This document shows positions 48,741 to 61,628 of a stretch of DNA of 64,000 nucleotides, one piece after another. Within the stretch, counting starts at the first letter, position 1. Every line of letters starts with the position of its first letter. Source of the DNA: Phaeosaccion multiseriatum (Eukaryota; Protista; Ochrophyta, other classes); contig OZ218952.1 of NCBI GenBank assembly GCA_965112735.1, positions 4,216,001 through 4,280,000 of the forward strand, read 5' to 3'. The position numbers were made by a program, and so were the translations under genes. The notes under the pieces are model-generated. The model searched no databases. It saw only the letters and a list, made by a program, of their open reading frames with translations, and was not told the origin of the DNA.

Positions 48741-50082
48741 TTCATTCGGAGAGGGCTTCAGCGGCTGTGGAAAAACCTTGATTGATTGATTCGGAGAGAC
48801 TTTCAGCAGCTGTGGACAGAGCTTGGATGTCTGATTGATTCGAAGATAGTTGATGGTCGATGAGGTGTCAAGTCTTGTGGCGAAGTGCATGTATAATGCC
48901 CCGAGGGAGGAGCACGGTGATGGCGGAAAAGGGAGAGGCGGCGGCACATCCAGACACGCGCAGCGTAAGGGCACGCAGTATGGCCATGGAACTTTTGGTC
49001 TCGGGGTGGTGTGTCGCTGGACCCAGCCGGGGAAATTTGTCGTAGGCCTGAAAGACCGTAGTAGCGTCGAATGTCTATTCTGCTTTGCGAATCTCATACT
49101 TCGTAGTACTTGACGGCAGACTTGGAAGGCTTTTACGATCCGCGACGGTTCGAAGGCCCCTCTCCGTAGGCGGTACCATCGCAGATTGTAAGGCTTTCTG
49201 GACTTGGTGGTAATATATGTCAGCACCACAGCAATGACCTTCGGCGTTACTACCGGACACTTGCCCCGCTACAGAGGCAGAGCCTTGGGCCTGGCAATTG
49301 ACTGGGGCAGAAGAGCCGCGATGGCAATCAAACAAGTCAAAAGGCCAGACCAAAGTATGGGACGAAACAATAATAGCCTTGTGGCTTGTATAAAAAAAAG
49401 CCTTGTGGCTTGTATATTTATATTTCGAGCAAAGTTTTGTCCCGTAAGATTACGTACGATAGCAAAAGCCCCTCAGAGATGGCGCCCCATGGCCCAATAC
49501 CTGGTAGATAGGAAGACACGTCAGAGCGCCAAAAATGATCCCGTTCATTGATACAATTACAATTGAATAGGCACAGTACGGTAGTGAGCCACCGGCCACA
49601 CTTGCAACAGTGTGCCTTGGGGGGTCCTTCCCACCCCAACCCACCCACCCCTACCCTCCCGCCCACCCTCCCTCCAATCTTCTCCTTCCCCACCCTCCTC
49701 CTCCTCCCCTTCCTGGTATTGTCAGAGCACTCCTGGTTACTCCTCCTAACTCTCCATGGCCCTCCCTCCCTCGCCCCCCCCCCCCCTTACCCCATTGAGT
49801 ATCGCAGTTCCTGTGCTCCTCCTCCTACTCCGCCGTCAGCCCTCCCCCCGTACCCGTCCCATCCTCCTCCCTTCCAGCTCGGGAGTAGTCAAAACGTCAA
49901 CTCCAAACTCCCTCCCTCCCCACGCCTACCCCGAGACCCTGAGATCACTGCACCATTATCCTCTCTCTCTCTCTCCCTCCCTCCCTGTGTCTCTCTTTCT
50001 CTCTCTCTGTCTTGTCTATCTGTCTGTCCGTCAGTCAGTCAGTCAGTCAGTCTGCCTGTCTGCCTGTCTGTCTCTCCTTGTC

Positions 50083-53000
50083 CTACTTCTTGACGAGCTT
50101 CGCGGGCATCTCATAGACGACCCATCGGCGATTGTGCTCCTCTCCGGGTGGCACGGGTCCCTCGCAGGCGAGGTCGGTGCAGCCACACTTCTTCTTTGGC
50201 ACGTCTAGGCACGGCCGATCGCAGCCCTCGCCTCTCATGTCGCCCCCTACACGTGTACACGCACACGCACACACACACACACACACAAACAGAGAGAGGG
50301 AGAAAAAGATGAAAAAGAATGTGAGAAACCTGCTTTTGCTTGTGTGTGGCATGACATACACTGCTGCTCATGTCCTCACTCACCTTCCACAGCCGCTCCC
50401 GCCAACGCGCTAAAGCTAAAGGCGTGTCCATCCCCTGCGGCCCTCGCAATGGCGAAGTAACGCTTGCCCGCATTCTTGGTGTGGGTGTAAATGAGGTTGT
50501 AGTTGGCTCCTGAGTAGCCTCCGACGTACTCCTTGCCCTCGAACAAGCTCTCCGAGCTGAAGCAGCCCAAGTAGCGAGCGTCTTCGCCCTTTGCGACGGC
50601 GCCTTCGGTCTCTCTGTGAGGAGGGACATGAAGCAAGGGATGGAAATTTGACACTGGCATTTGAGCAGAGGGCGTATACGGGCATATGGACACACACATA
50701 CATACACAAAAACACAAAAACACACACAAAAGATAGCTCTGTCGCTCCCTCCTCCCTTCCTGCTCTCCCTTCCTTCCCTCCCTCCCTCCCTCCCTCCCTC
50801 CCTCCCTCCCTCCCTCCCTCCCTCCCTCCCTCCCTCCCTCCCTCCCTGAGGACGTACTACCAGCTACACACACACACACACGTACGTTTCCTTCCTAGCC
50901 CCCTTCTTGCCAGTCCCCATGGAGGCGGCGTTCGGAGTGGGTACGGTGTTAGGCTTGGGAAGCACTCGATAGATCCTCACGATCCAGTGCTCGCTGGTGA
51001 AGGCTTCTTCCATGGTTGTCAGGTCAAAGTCTTTGTTGCCAATCTCGCGGCCCCGAGCACGATCGAAACCTGCGGGTTTGTTGTACTCCACCTTTTGTAC
51101 ATGGTGTGATGATATGGGTAGGGTAGGGTAGGGTAGGGTAGGGTAGTGTAGGGTAGCGTAAGGTAGGGTAGGGTAGGGTAGGGTAGGATAGGGTAGGGTG
51201 GGGTAGGGTAGGGTAGGGTAGGGTAGGGTAAGGTAAGGTAGGGTATCGGGTAGTGGTTAGGATAGAGTGGGGTAGGGTCGGGTATAGGGTGGGAGTTTTT
51301 AAAAGGGTAGGGTGGGGTAGGGTAGCGCAAGGTATCGGGTAGGGTGGGGTAGTCAGGGTAGGGTAAAGGGTGGGGGGGGGGGGAAAGGTAGGGTAGGGAA
51401 GGGAAGGGGAGAGAAAGGAGGATGATGAGGAAAGGCGATGAGAACACAGGGGCAGGCGAGTCACAACACATGTACATCACCACACCATGCCTTCATCCAC
51501 ACTTCTCTTCTCGTTGGTATCTCTTCCACTCCCCTCCCTCCCCCCCCCCCCGTCCCCTTCCTTTGCTTACCTTCATCTCGCCAAAGCGGTAGTAGCAGAG
51601 CTTGTAGGCCACGCAGTTGTGCAGCGTGGGGCTTCCTGAAGGGCCTACATCGAACTGCCCCTGACTCGACATAAAGTCGGCCTCCCCGGGCATGTCTTTG
51701 GGGTACACACCGGACCCAATTCGCACCTGCAACAATAGCAGCAGCAGCAGCAGTATCAGCAGCAAGAGGAGGATGTTCGTGTGAGCCGAGGAAGATGGTA
51801 ACGTACGTACGTAGGTAGCCCATCACCAACATCAGATCTCCAATGAGAACGCTTTAATTCATTCTTTAACGTTCCTCAATGAGCACTTACCGGCCACAGG
51901 AACTTGTTGATATCGTCGCTGCTGTAGCCTGTGAGTCCACCGAAGATCACCAACACGTAGTCCACGTCCAGCGACTCCAAGATGGGGTAGGCCTGTGTGT
52001 TTGTGAGCGATTGAGGAGAGTGCAGTGCCGTGAGATACGTGTGTGTGTGTGTGTGTGTGGAGAGAGAGAGAGAGGTGAGGGGAGGGGATTGAGGGTGAGA
52101 GTCTCCTGTCTCTCTCGCTCTCTCTGTCCGTCTGTCTCTTATGTCAGAAGGATACAAGACCCCCTTCTCTCCTCTTCCTCTGGCCCGCTCTCCCTCTGGA
52201 TTCCTCTCTCTCTCTCTGCCCCCCCCCCCCCGTGATGTACCTCACTCACTCACTCACTCACTCACTCACTCACCCTCTCCTCCGTAGACGCTAGAGCCCT
52301 CCCCACGGTGGCGATGTGTGTGTTGTTCCACGTGTTGTTGTCCACCAGCACGGTCCTGTTACTCATGGCAGACATCTGATATCCGTAGTCCCACCAGGAC
52401 ATGATCTTGGCGTCAGGGTCGGTGTTGTGTCTCAACTGAGGACACGGGGAGAAAGGGAGGGAAGGGAAGGCAGGGAGGGAAGGGAGGGAGGGAGGGGAGG
52501 AAGGGGAGGGACAGGAGGGAGGGAGGGGAGGGAGGGGAGGAAGGGGAGGAAGGGGAGGGAGTGTGCGGTGAGTGCGTTCGCGAGTGCGTGCCGAGACTCT
52601 TGAGGCTGCCACTGCCACTGAAGCTGCCCGTGCCCCCCACGGGTGTGCGCTGCACTGGCGGGGGTCTCGTCTTCCTTCTTTCCTCTACTTATGACACTCC
52701 CTCCCCTCCCTCCTTCCCCCTCCTTCCCTCTCCGCCCTTCCTCTCTCTCACCCAGTAGTACGCCTCGCGATAGTCGTCATACAAGACCCTCTCCCCGCTC
52801 TGCGTCCTGCCCGCCTCAATCACAATGGAGGGGCTGCTGTACGCCAGACTCGATACGTAAGTGGAGTGGTATGAGTAGAGGCACATGAGCATGGCCACTC
52901 CCACCAGAACTCCGCCAGACAACATGGAGCCCACGCCTGTTGGGGAAGGAAGGCAGTGGATGGCAGTGGAAGGTACAGGAAGGGGAGGGAAGGGAAGGGA

Positions 53001-56000
53001 AGGGAAGAGAAGGGAAGGGAAGGGAAGGGAAGACAATCAAAGAATGTGGCGGGGAAGGGAGGGGAGGAAAGCGTCGCAAGGGAGAGAGGACTGGGGCATG
53101 CGTAAACACAGAGCACACACATACACGCACAAAGGAGAGAGACAAGACAATACGACTTCCCTACCTACCTACACACACAGACAGAGAGAAGACACGCACA
53201 AGGAGAGAGACAAGACGACTTCCCTACCTACCTACACTCACAGACAGAGAGAAGACACGTCTTACCTACGGGCGAGGCCTTACTTGACCTCTTCTTGCTT
53301 ATGTAACTTCCCTCGACGGCATCCTCGGGCTTCGAGAACTGCACAGATAGCAGACAACCAAGACGACCACCACGAAGAGGAGAGCGAGAAGCACGATGAG
53401 CGAAGCAGCGAAGGAGTACGCAAAGAGGGTCATGCAAGGGAAGGGTGGGGAAGGAGGGAGGAGGAAGGGAATGAGCTCTGGGAAAATATCCAATAGTCTA
53501 ACAAGTTTAGCAGTCTAATGGTAGGCACAAGACACTCTCCCTCCCCTCCCCTTCCCTCCCCTCCCCTCCTCACCTTGAGGATTGCCGAGAAGCGCTGCAG
53601 CACCTCCGACAGCCCAACAGCAGCAAGGATGCAGGCAATCGGCGCCAGCGTAAGCATCAGCCGCACCATCACACCCGCAAAGTACCACGACAGGGTTCCG
53701 TAGATGATGAGGAACATGGCTCCATCCGAGCAGTCTCGGTATAGGAAGAACAGCCTAGTTGTGGGTTTTTGCGGGTTACCATACCGAAACAAAGGAGTGG
53801 ATGGGTGGGTGGGTGTGGGTGGAGAAGGTGAGAGGTGGACAGAGGTGTGAGGTGTGAAGGTTGTTGCTAGCCCCGCAGTGGAGTATAGTGGAGGGTGGGG
53901 ACGGAGAGTGGGACGTTTGAGAGGGGCTCTCCCTCATTCTCTCACTCTCGCTCTGTGCTCATCCACGCCCTCACTCTCTCCCTCCCTCCCTCCCTCCCTC
54001 TCTCAATCCCCCCCTCACTCTCCCTCACTCTCTCTCTCCCTCCCTCCCTCCCTCCCTCCCTCCCTCCTTCCCTCCTTCCCTCACCCACTTCAACTCACCC
54101 AACCGGCGCGAGAGGCACGAGAATATGAAGGTCGAAGAAGAAACTCGTCCACGTCGTGGGCTGGTGCTCCGACACAGAGGCGATGATAGGGATGTACTTG
54201 GATGCGTAGGTAGGGTCGAGGAGCGTCAGAGAGCGGCCTGTCCACTGCACAATGCCCAGCAGTTGGGCCGTGAGCAGCAGCAACGCCACAAGACTTACTA
54301 CCGACACTGCGGCGCTTATCAACACGCGCTGGGAAGAGATGGATGTATATAGAGAGGGAGAGAGAGAGAGAGAGACAGGGAGGGAGTGGGGGTGAGAGAG
54401 AGGAAGGGAGGGAGAGGGGGTGAGAGAGAGCGAGCGAGCGCCGAACATGCATGCAGAGCGCAGTTTGTAGAGTGTGCGTGGAGAAGACATGTGACCTAAA
54501 CCTAAACTCCAACTCAACTCCTAACCCTCACCTTGAGCAGCTTGGCGTTGATTTCCGAGAAGAGATAGTTGAGCACCGCGTACACCTGCAGCCCTAAGAA
54601 CACTCCGTGAGATGCGGCGCACTCCGCTTGCATGATGACGTTAAAGCCCACGAAGGGAACCTTTGGTTGCCGAGAAGGGAGGGGGGGTAGGGGTGGCGTA
54701 GGGTAGGGTAGACGAGGGTAGGACGGTTGCGTGCATCGCGGGTTAGGGAAGAAGAGAGAGAGGGAGAGAGAGAGAGAGTGTGTGCGTGTGAGAGAGAGAA
54801 AAGGGGGGAGATCGAGACAGAGAGAGAGACGCGCAAGGCCACACCTTACCTGCATGGCCAGGAGAGAGCCGAGAGCGTAGAAGGTGCTGTATGCAATGTA
54901 CAGTCTGCTGGAGTACCGCCCCGCCACCACCATGACCACACAGTAGATGGGGATTATGTTGATGATGAACACGTAACCGCCCCAGGCCTGAGACGTCAAG
55001 AGGAAAAAGCACACAAAGGTGGTGAATCACAGGTACATTTTAAAGAGTAAGAAAGAGAGAGAAGAGAGAGGAATACACACATTAAGGTGGTGAATCACGG
55101 TACTTTTAAGAGTAAGAAAGAGAGGGAGGAGAGAGAGAAAGAGGGGACAGAGAAGGAAGCGAGAGAGAGTAAGATAAGGGTAGGAAATCTTACGTACCGC
55201 CACCATGTAAAAGTACGCCAGGGCCGTGAGGGCCGCCCACGCCATGGAGCCTGTGTTGACGCTCTTGACCCACAAATAAAACACAAACAGGAGGGCAAAG
55301 ATAGCCACGCCCTCGTTGTCGTAGCTGAGGGGGGGGGGGAGGGGAGGGGTGGGGAAGGTGGGGAGAGAGAGGGAGACAGAGGGAGGGGGAGGGACAGAGG
55401 GAGGGGGCTGTAGGTATAAGGAGGAAGATGGAGGCCCACACAGAAAGAGGAGAGAGAGGAGAGAGAGAGAAAAGGGATGGGAGACGCAGGGAGACTCGTC
55501 GCTCCACTCTCACTCACCTGCCCCCCACGCTTCTGGAGATGTACGACGGCACGATGGCCGTGAACGCCGCCGCCAGCAGCGCCGTTGAGGAGCGCTTGGT
55601 GACCTCATAGGTTAGGCAGTAGCTTGCCACCGCGGTGTTCGCCGCAAAGAGAGGCGCCAAGAAGACGCACATGTTGCGAATGTTGATGGTGAAGTTGAGC
55701 AAGTTGAGCAGCCAGTAGAAGACGGCTGCAGTGAGCATGAGGCCAGGGTAAATGGTGCCTCCAATTGTGCGCCCCAGCGGGTACCATCCCCTGTCGTCGA
55801 ACCAGTCCAAAAAGTCCAGAAACCCCTCAGCCGCGAGGTACTTTGTGGTGCGAAAGTTGAAATACGGGTCAAACTCGTGAATAACACTCTCGTACCGCAC
55901 CACGGCAAAGAGGCGGATGAAAAAGGCCATGAGGCAAATAAGGCCCAAGATGCCGTACTTGAGAATCACGGGAAGCCCCGTGCTCTCCTCCTCCTCCGGC

Positions 56001-56668
56001 CGGTACACTTCCCCCCCCCCTTTGGAGTCTGCGTATTCATCGCTCTTGCCCTCCGCACTTCGCCCCCCCCCCCCTCCCCCTGCTGCTGCTGCTGCTGCTG
56101 GGATGAGGACGGACGGGTGGGGAGTGCAAACGACAGTCAAGTTGATGGACCATGGCATGAGTGCGCAGACATAACACTCCTTGTCCCCTTGCCCAGCCAC
56201 TCAAACTCTGTCTGTCCCTCTCTCTCTCTCACGCCCTGTGTTCAGCAGGGCTCGGGCCCCGCCTCAGGCCCACCCCGAAGGTTGATGCTATGTTCACACA
56301 GGGGATGTATATACACTGCGTGTACTTACTTACGCACAGACTAGTGGACTTTGGTCAAGCAAAGCGGCGTGTCGACTGACCGCCCCTCCCCTCTCTCTTT
56401 GCCTCTTCCGGTGAGCAAGGCAGAGCACCACCACCGACAAGCTCGCTTCCTTGCACCGATAACCTCGCTTCCTTCACAAGCCATCTCAAGCATACAACAA
56501 GGATCTCCTTATTGCAAAGTAAGCATGGAGTAGCCCTGTGAGGCAAGGCGATCCCCCCCCCCAAAAAAACACCTGTCCCGTATCCTTCTGCGCTCTTCTC
56601 TCCGTACCTTTGCTACCTCCGGACCCTCCCGTCGAGCCGTTAGCGCTCGGCCTCTTCTTTGCAGGCAT
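50083..56668 (-). CDS. STT3: Oligosaccharyltransferase catalytic subunit STT3 with a C-terminal WSC-like extension; first exon uncertain
   Basis: [75 protein letters not shown]. Two further in-phase exons (50613-50384, 50246-50083). The ATG at 56668 is tentative because the phase into the next exon is unresolved. Confidence 0.93.
51115..51400. repeat. Intronic (TAGGG)n pentamer array
   Basis: Seen directly; degenerate toward its right end. Confidence 0.9.
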
Positions 56669-56879
56669 CCCAACCCCCCCCTCCAGGAATCTCTGCCCCT
56701 TCTTCACTTCTTGAAGCAAAGTTTTGTTTGTTCTCTCCTTGCATGGCGGCCTCCTCACCGATCGGGTTACGTAATGAAGAACCATCTGTGAGAGCACCAC
56801 CAACTGCCCTTCTTCCTTTCATTTTTCCTTCCTTTTGTTTTGCTTTTTTGTTTTGTTGGAGCAACTTGTACATGTGGAG

Positions 56880-59800
56880 ATGGGGTTAAGAGGGCTCTTG
56901 GCGCCCCTTGTGTTTGCGTTACGCTTGTCACTGCTCCTGCTGCTGCTTCCGAAACTGTCGGCTTGGAGTGGGCCTCTGGCATTTGTAAGAGGGAACAGCT
57001 TGGATTGGGTGAAGGGAGACGGTGCGTGCCGAAATAACGGTGGTAGCAGCAGCAGCTTAAGGCGTAGGGTGCTACCGCCACAGCTCCTTCAGCTAAGGGG
57101 CGGACATCGACCGACTGGGAGCAGCACAAGTCGCCGAGAAAGTGAAGCGGGGAGGGAGGAAACAAAAGGAGCAGCAGCGGCGGCTTTGACGGCAATCGGC
57201 TCCCATGGGGGGAAGGAAGGGCTCAGTCCAACGAAGAACAACGCGGTATCCCGACGAGAGATGAACGTCGCATACGTTATCACGGCGGGTACGTTTTCGG
57301 AGAGTGAGTGCCGAAAACGCAGTTGATCTGATCAGCACCCAACCCCATCCCTATCCCCAACTACCATTCCCAACGCACGCCCTCCCTCACTCTAAGTGAC
57401 CTTTGCCGCCGGGTTTATCGTGTACCTGGAGCGGCAGGGCTTCAGCGTAGCCTTCACGGCCATGGCCAAAGCAGCCCAACTGGAGGAAGATAAGAAGGGA
57501 GCGGTGCTGTCCGCCTACTTCTACGGGTACACTCTCTCTCAGGTGGGTCATATGGGTGTGGGGCGTGAGGGCGAGGGGTGAGGGTTGAGGGGTGAGGGCA
57601 GTTGTGAAAGCACGCGAGAAGACAAGTCAACCAATCAGTCAATCCGCGAAACTGTGTGTATGGACTGTTATTCTGCTTTTGGAATTTTGTGGTGCAAGTT
57701 TTCATCGTGGGTCGATTGCTAAAAGCTTGCCACCTCTCTGCAGTTGGCTTCGTGCGTTCCCCACTTTGTTGCTGCACTCGGTACCTTAAGCTTTCCCTCC
57801 CCCCATTGTGTGACCCCTCACCACACGTCGCCTCGTCACCCCCTCGCCCCTCCCCATTCCTTGTACATGTACTATGACTGTGTGTGTACTGTGCAGATCC
57901 CGGGGGGCTGGCTCACAGAGCGCATCGGTGCATCACCCGTGGTACTGGCAAGCTTTGTGGGCTGGGCAGTGATCAGCTTGCTCACTCCAACCTCCGTGGC
58001 CGCTGAGGCAGGGTAAGAGAGAAGAGAGAGAGATAAGCGAGAGAGAGAGAACGAGAGAAACAGAGCGGGAGGGAGGAAGAGACGGAAAGAGAGAGCGGGG
58101 GGGGGGGGATAGAAAAAGCCCCTAGGGGCGGAGCGTTCTTGTTTCCGTCTGTTTGCCCGGGATCGATCCCAACCGGATGGAAGTCCGTTCTCTAAGGCCT
58201 TGGCCTGTGCCTCGGCTGCTCACACCACCTTCGTTGTTTCGGACCCTCGACGAGGCGTCCGTTACCTCGGCAGCAGGATTCTCTCTCTCTCTCTGTGTGT
58301 GTGTACGTGTGTGTGTTTGTCTCTCTCTTTCTCTCTGACGGTCTCTCGCTTCGTCTTCGAAACTCACTCACTCACTCACTCACTCGCACACTGCAAACAC
58401 ACACACACACTCACATTCACCAACACCCACACCATCAACGCACACACATGCACACACGCGCGCCGACCGCATGCACAGCTTCAAGAGCGTGATGGCGTGT
58501 CGAGTCCTCATGGGGGTCACCCAAGGGTTGGTGTTTCCCGCCCTGCACCACATTCTCGGCCGGACCATTCCGACCTCTGCTCGCACTGGCCTTGTATCTC
58601 TCGGTTCCTCGGGAATGTTTGTTGGGTCGGCTGTCGCCCTCACACTGGTGCCGGCCCTTGTACTAAGGGCAGGGGCGGGGGCCCCGCTGAGGTTGGTGGG
58701 GCTGCTCGGTCTGGGGTGGGCGGCGATTTGGTTGGCCGTGGACAGAATCCTCAAGCCACTGCAGCAGCAGCAGCAACAGGAGGAGGAGGAGGAAAGATCT
58801 CCACTATTATTATCATCTTCTTCTCTCAACGAGGGCAGCGCCCGGACCCCATGGGTGCGCATGCTGATGGATCCTGCAGTGTGGGCTCATATCGCCGGCA
58901 ACTTCTCCCACGCCTACACCCTCTTCGTGCTGATGAGCTGGCTGCCTACCTACTTTGAGACCTTCCTCGGCACTTCGCTGGCGGCCATGGGCAAAGGGGT
59001 GACTGCCCTGCCGTACGTGGCCATGTTCCTCACCACCAACGGGGGAGGGCTGGTTGGTCAGTGGGTGAGGTACGTTGGACATACACACACACGTAAAACA
59101 CACACACGCATAGAGAGAGGAGAGAGAGAGAGAGACGCACGCAAACCCACCCACATGGCGAGAGAGACACACACGCACACGCATACAGACAGAGAGAGCG
59201 AAGGAAAGAGAGCGAGATACACGCGCACATTCACACCCACCCACACGCACCCACACCCACCCACACGCACACACTCGCACACATGTGATCGCTCTATCGC
59301 TCACCGCCGAGTCCTTGCGCCCCCCTCCTCCCTCCTCTCCCTCCCTCCCTCCCTCCCTCCCAAAGCGACTTCCGCCTGCGTCGGGGCCTGGACTCCCCCC
59401 AAGCACCACCCATCTTTTCTCGCAAGGTGTGCAACACGCTGGGCTTCTTGCTCGCCGCCGTCGGAGTAGCGATGATGCCCAGTGCTCGGTACGTTAGTTT
59501 TTATGTTGAGGGAGGGAGGGAGGGAGGGAGGGATGGAGGGGGAGGGAGGGAAGGGGGTGGAGGGGGAGGGAGGGAAGGGGATGGAGGGGGAGGGAGGGAA
59601 GGGAATGGGAGGGAGGGGAGGGGAGGGGAGGGGAGGGGAGGGGAGGGGAGGGGAGGGGAGGGGGAGGGAGGGGAGGAGGAGAGGGGGAGGGAGGGGAGGA
59701 GGGGAGGGAGAGGAGGGAGGGAGGGAGAGAAGGGAGAGCGGGAGGGAGAAAGGGAGAGAGACAGACGGACAGACAGAGGGAGGGAGAGTGGAAGGTCGTC

Positions 59801-60051
59801 AGTGCTGTATATCCTCATTGACGTGTGCTTGACTCACAGATCCGTATCCCAAGGGCTGGCGTTGACGACACTGAGCCTCTCTGGCCTGGGCCTGAGTCGG
59901 TCGGGGTGGGCCTTGAATCACATCGACATCGCCCCCAAGCACGCAGGTGAGGTTATGTATTGACTGATAAGAGTCAACCTCAGCATACGTAATTGTGGTA
60001 TGTGTGTATGTGTATCTGTGTGTGTGTGCGTGTGAGTGTGTGTGCGTGTGC

Positions 60052-60082
<31 letters not shown>

Positions 60083-60482
60083 CGTGTGAGTGTGTGTGTG
60101 TCTGTGGGACAAGACGGGGGAAAGGGTGCACAGAGCTCCGTGCTATGCCCTGCTCTCCAACACCCATCAAAGCGAGTTTTGCCCTCCTGGACGCCAACTC
60201 TCAACTCTCTCTCCCTGTCTCACTCTCTCCGTCTCTCTCTCTCCCTCCCTCCCTCCCTCCCTCCCTCCCTCCCTCAAAGGTGCTCTCATGAGTCTGAGCA
60301 ACACCGCCGCGGCTTTCGCAGGAGGAGCCGCTACCGCGTTTACTGGCAGCATACTAGACGCATATGGGGGAGCCTCTGTTGCCCAGGGGTGGACGGTGGC
60401 CTTTGGGGTCAATGCTGCCATCCTCCTCGTCGCCGCCGCCTGGTTCCTCAAGCTAGGAAGGGCAGACGTTATCTTCGAGTAA
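56880..60482 (+). CDS. MFS anion:cation symporter (SLC17/PHT4-like); about 7 exons; possible plastid bipartite signal
   Basis: VYLERQGFSVA, GAVLSAYFYGYTLSQIPGGWL, RVLMGVTQGLVFPA, LMSWLPTYF, SRKVCNT, NHIDIAPKHAGALMSLSNT. N-terminal hydrophobic stretch ends LSA-W. Confidence 0.9.
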
Positions 60483-60493
60483 GGTCGAAGAAA

Positions 60494-61217
60494 AAGAAGA
60501 AGAAGAAGAAGAAGAAGAAGAAGAAGAAGAAGAAGAAGAAGAAGAAGAAGAAGAAGAAGAAGAAGAAGAAGAAGAAGAAGAAGAAGAAGAAGAAGAAGAA
60601 GAAGAAGAAGAAGAAGAAGAAGAAGAAGAAGAAGAAGAAGAAGAAGAAGAAGAAGAAGAAGAAGAAGAAGAAGAAGAAGAAGAAGAAGAAGAAGAAGAAG
60701 AAGAAGAAGAAGAAGAAGAAGAAGAAGAAGAAGAAGAAGAAGAAGAAGAAGAAGAAGAAGAAGAAGAAGAAGAAGAAGAAGAAGAAGAAGAAGAAGAAGA
60801 AGAAGAAGAAGAAGAAGAAGAAGAAGAAGAAGAAGAAGAAGAAGAAGAAGAAGAAGAAGAAGAAGAAGAAGAAGAAGAAGAAGAAGAAGAAGAAGAAGAA
60901 GAAGAAGAAGAAGAAGAAGAAGAAGAAGAAGAAGAAGAAGAAGAAGAAGAAGAAGAAGAAGAAGAAGAAGAAGAAGAAGAAGAAGAAGAAGAAGAAGAAG
61001 AAGAAGAAGAAGAAGAAGAAGAAGAAGAAGAAGAAGAAGAAGAAGAAGAAGAAGAAGAAGAAGAAGAAGAAGAAGAAGAAGAAGAAGAAGAAGAAGAAGA
61101 AGAAGAAGAAGAAGAAGAAGAAGAAGAAGAAGAAGAAGAAGAAGAAGAAGAAGAAGAAGAAGAAGAAGAAGAAGAAGAAGAAGAAGAAGAAGAAGAAGAA
61201 GAAGAAGAAGAAGAAGA
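60494..61217. repeat. Uninterrupted (AAG)n tract of about 240 units
   Basis: Seen directly; starts 12 nt after the MFS stop codon. Confidence 0.97.
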
Positions 61218-61628
61218 GAAGAAGTTAAGGATGAAGACTAGCTACCTGCGAAGTCGCGGTTTGAGTGGCCCCCTGAAGTCGATTTAAGCCTACGAGTATG
61301 TTGCATCCTTAAAACGGATTTTGAAAGAGGTTTGACCATACTTTGAACCACCTTTGAAGGCCCTTGTTATGGAGTGTATTTCTGTATTATCTTATCAGTC
61401 TCATTTTGTACATAACTTTGCTAAGAAACCTCACCATCAATCATCGGCGCGTGTGTACTTGTGGAGAGGGGGGTGAGAGTTTTATAGTACGGGTGCCAGT
61501 CTGCCAGCAGTGTCGTCACAGTGGGAGGGGAGAGAGGGAGAGAGGCCAACCACTCAGTGCAAAATTGACATGATGCCCGCCGGTGAAGAGAGGGGCCACA
61601 CTCGGCAGTGCACTCCGTAGAGAGGTGG

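Noticed and set aside
48850-49560. Possible transposon relic with a short AGCCTTGTGGCTTGTATA direct repeat
   Set aside because: No TIR, TSD, transposase or reverse transcriptase motif could be identified.
51888-51915. Pro instead of Met in the STT3 DK motif (DINKFLWP)
   Set aside because: As I recall, the DK consensus DxxKxxx(M/I/P) already allows Pro, so this is not evidence of inactivation.
59993-61228. 411-aa poly-Lys ORF
   Set aside because: It is a translation of intron sequence plus the (AAG)n tract lying after the real MFS stop at 60482.
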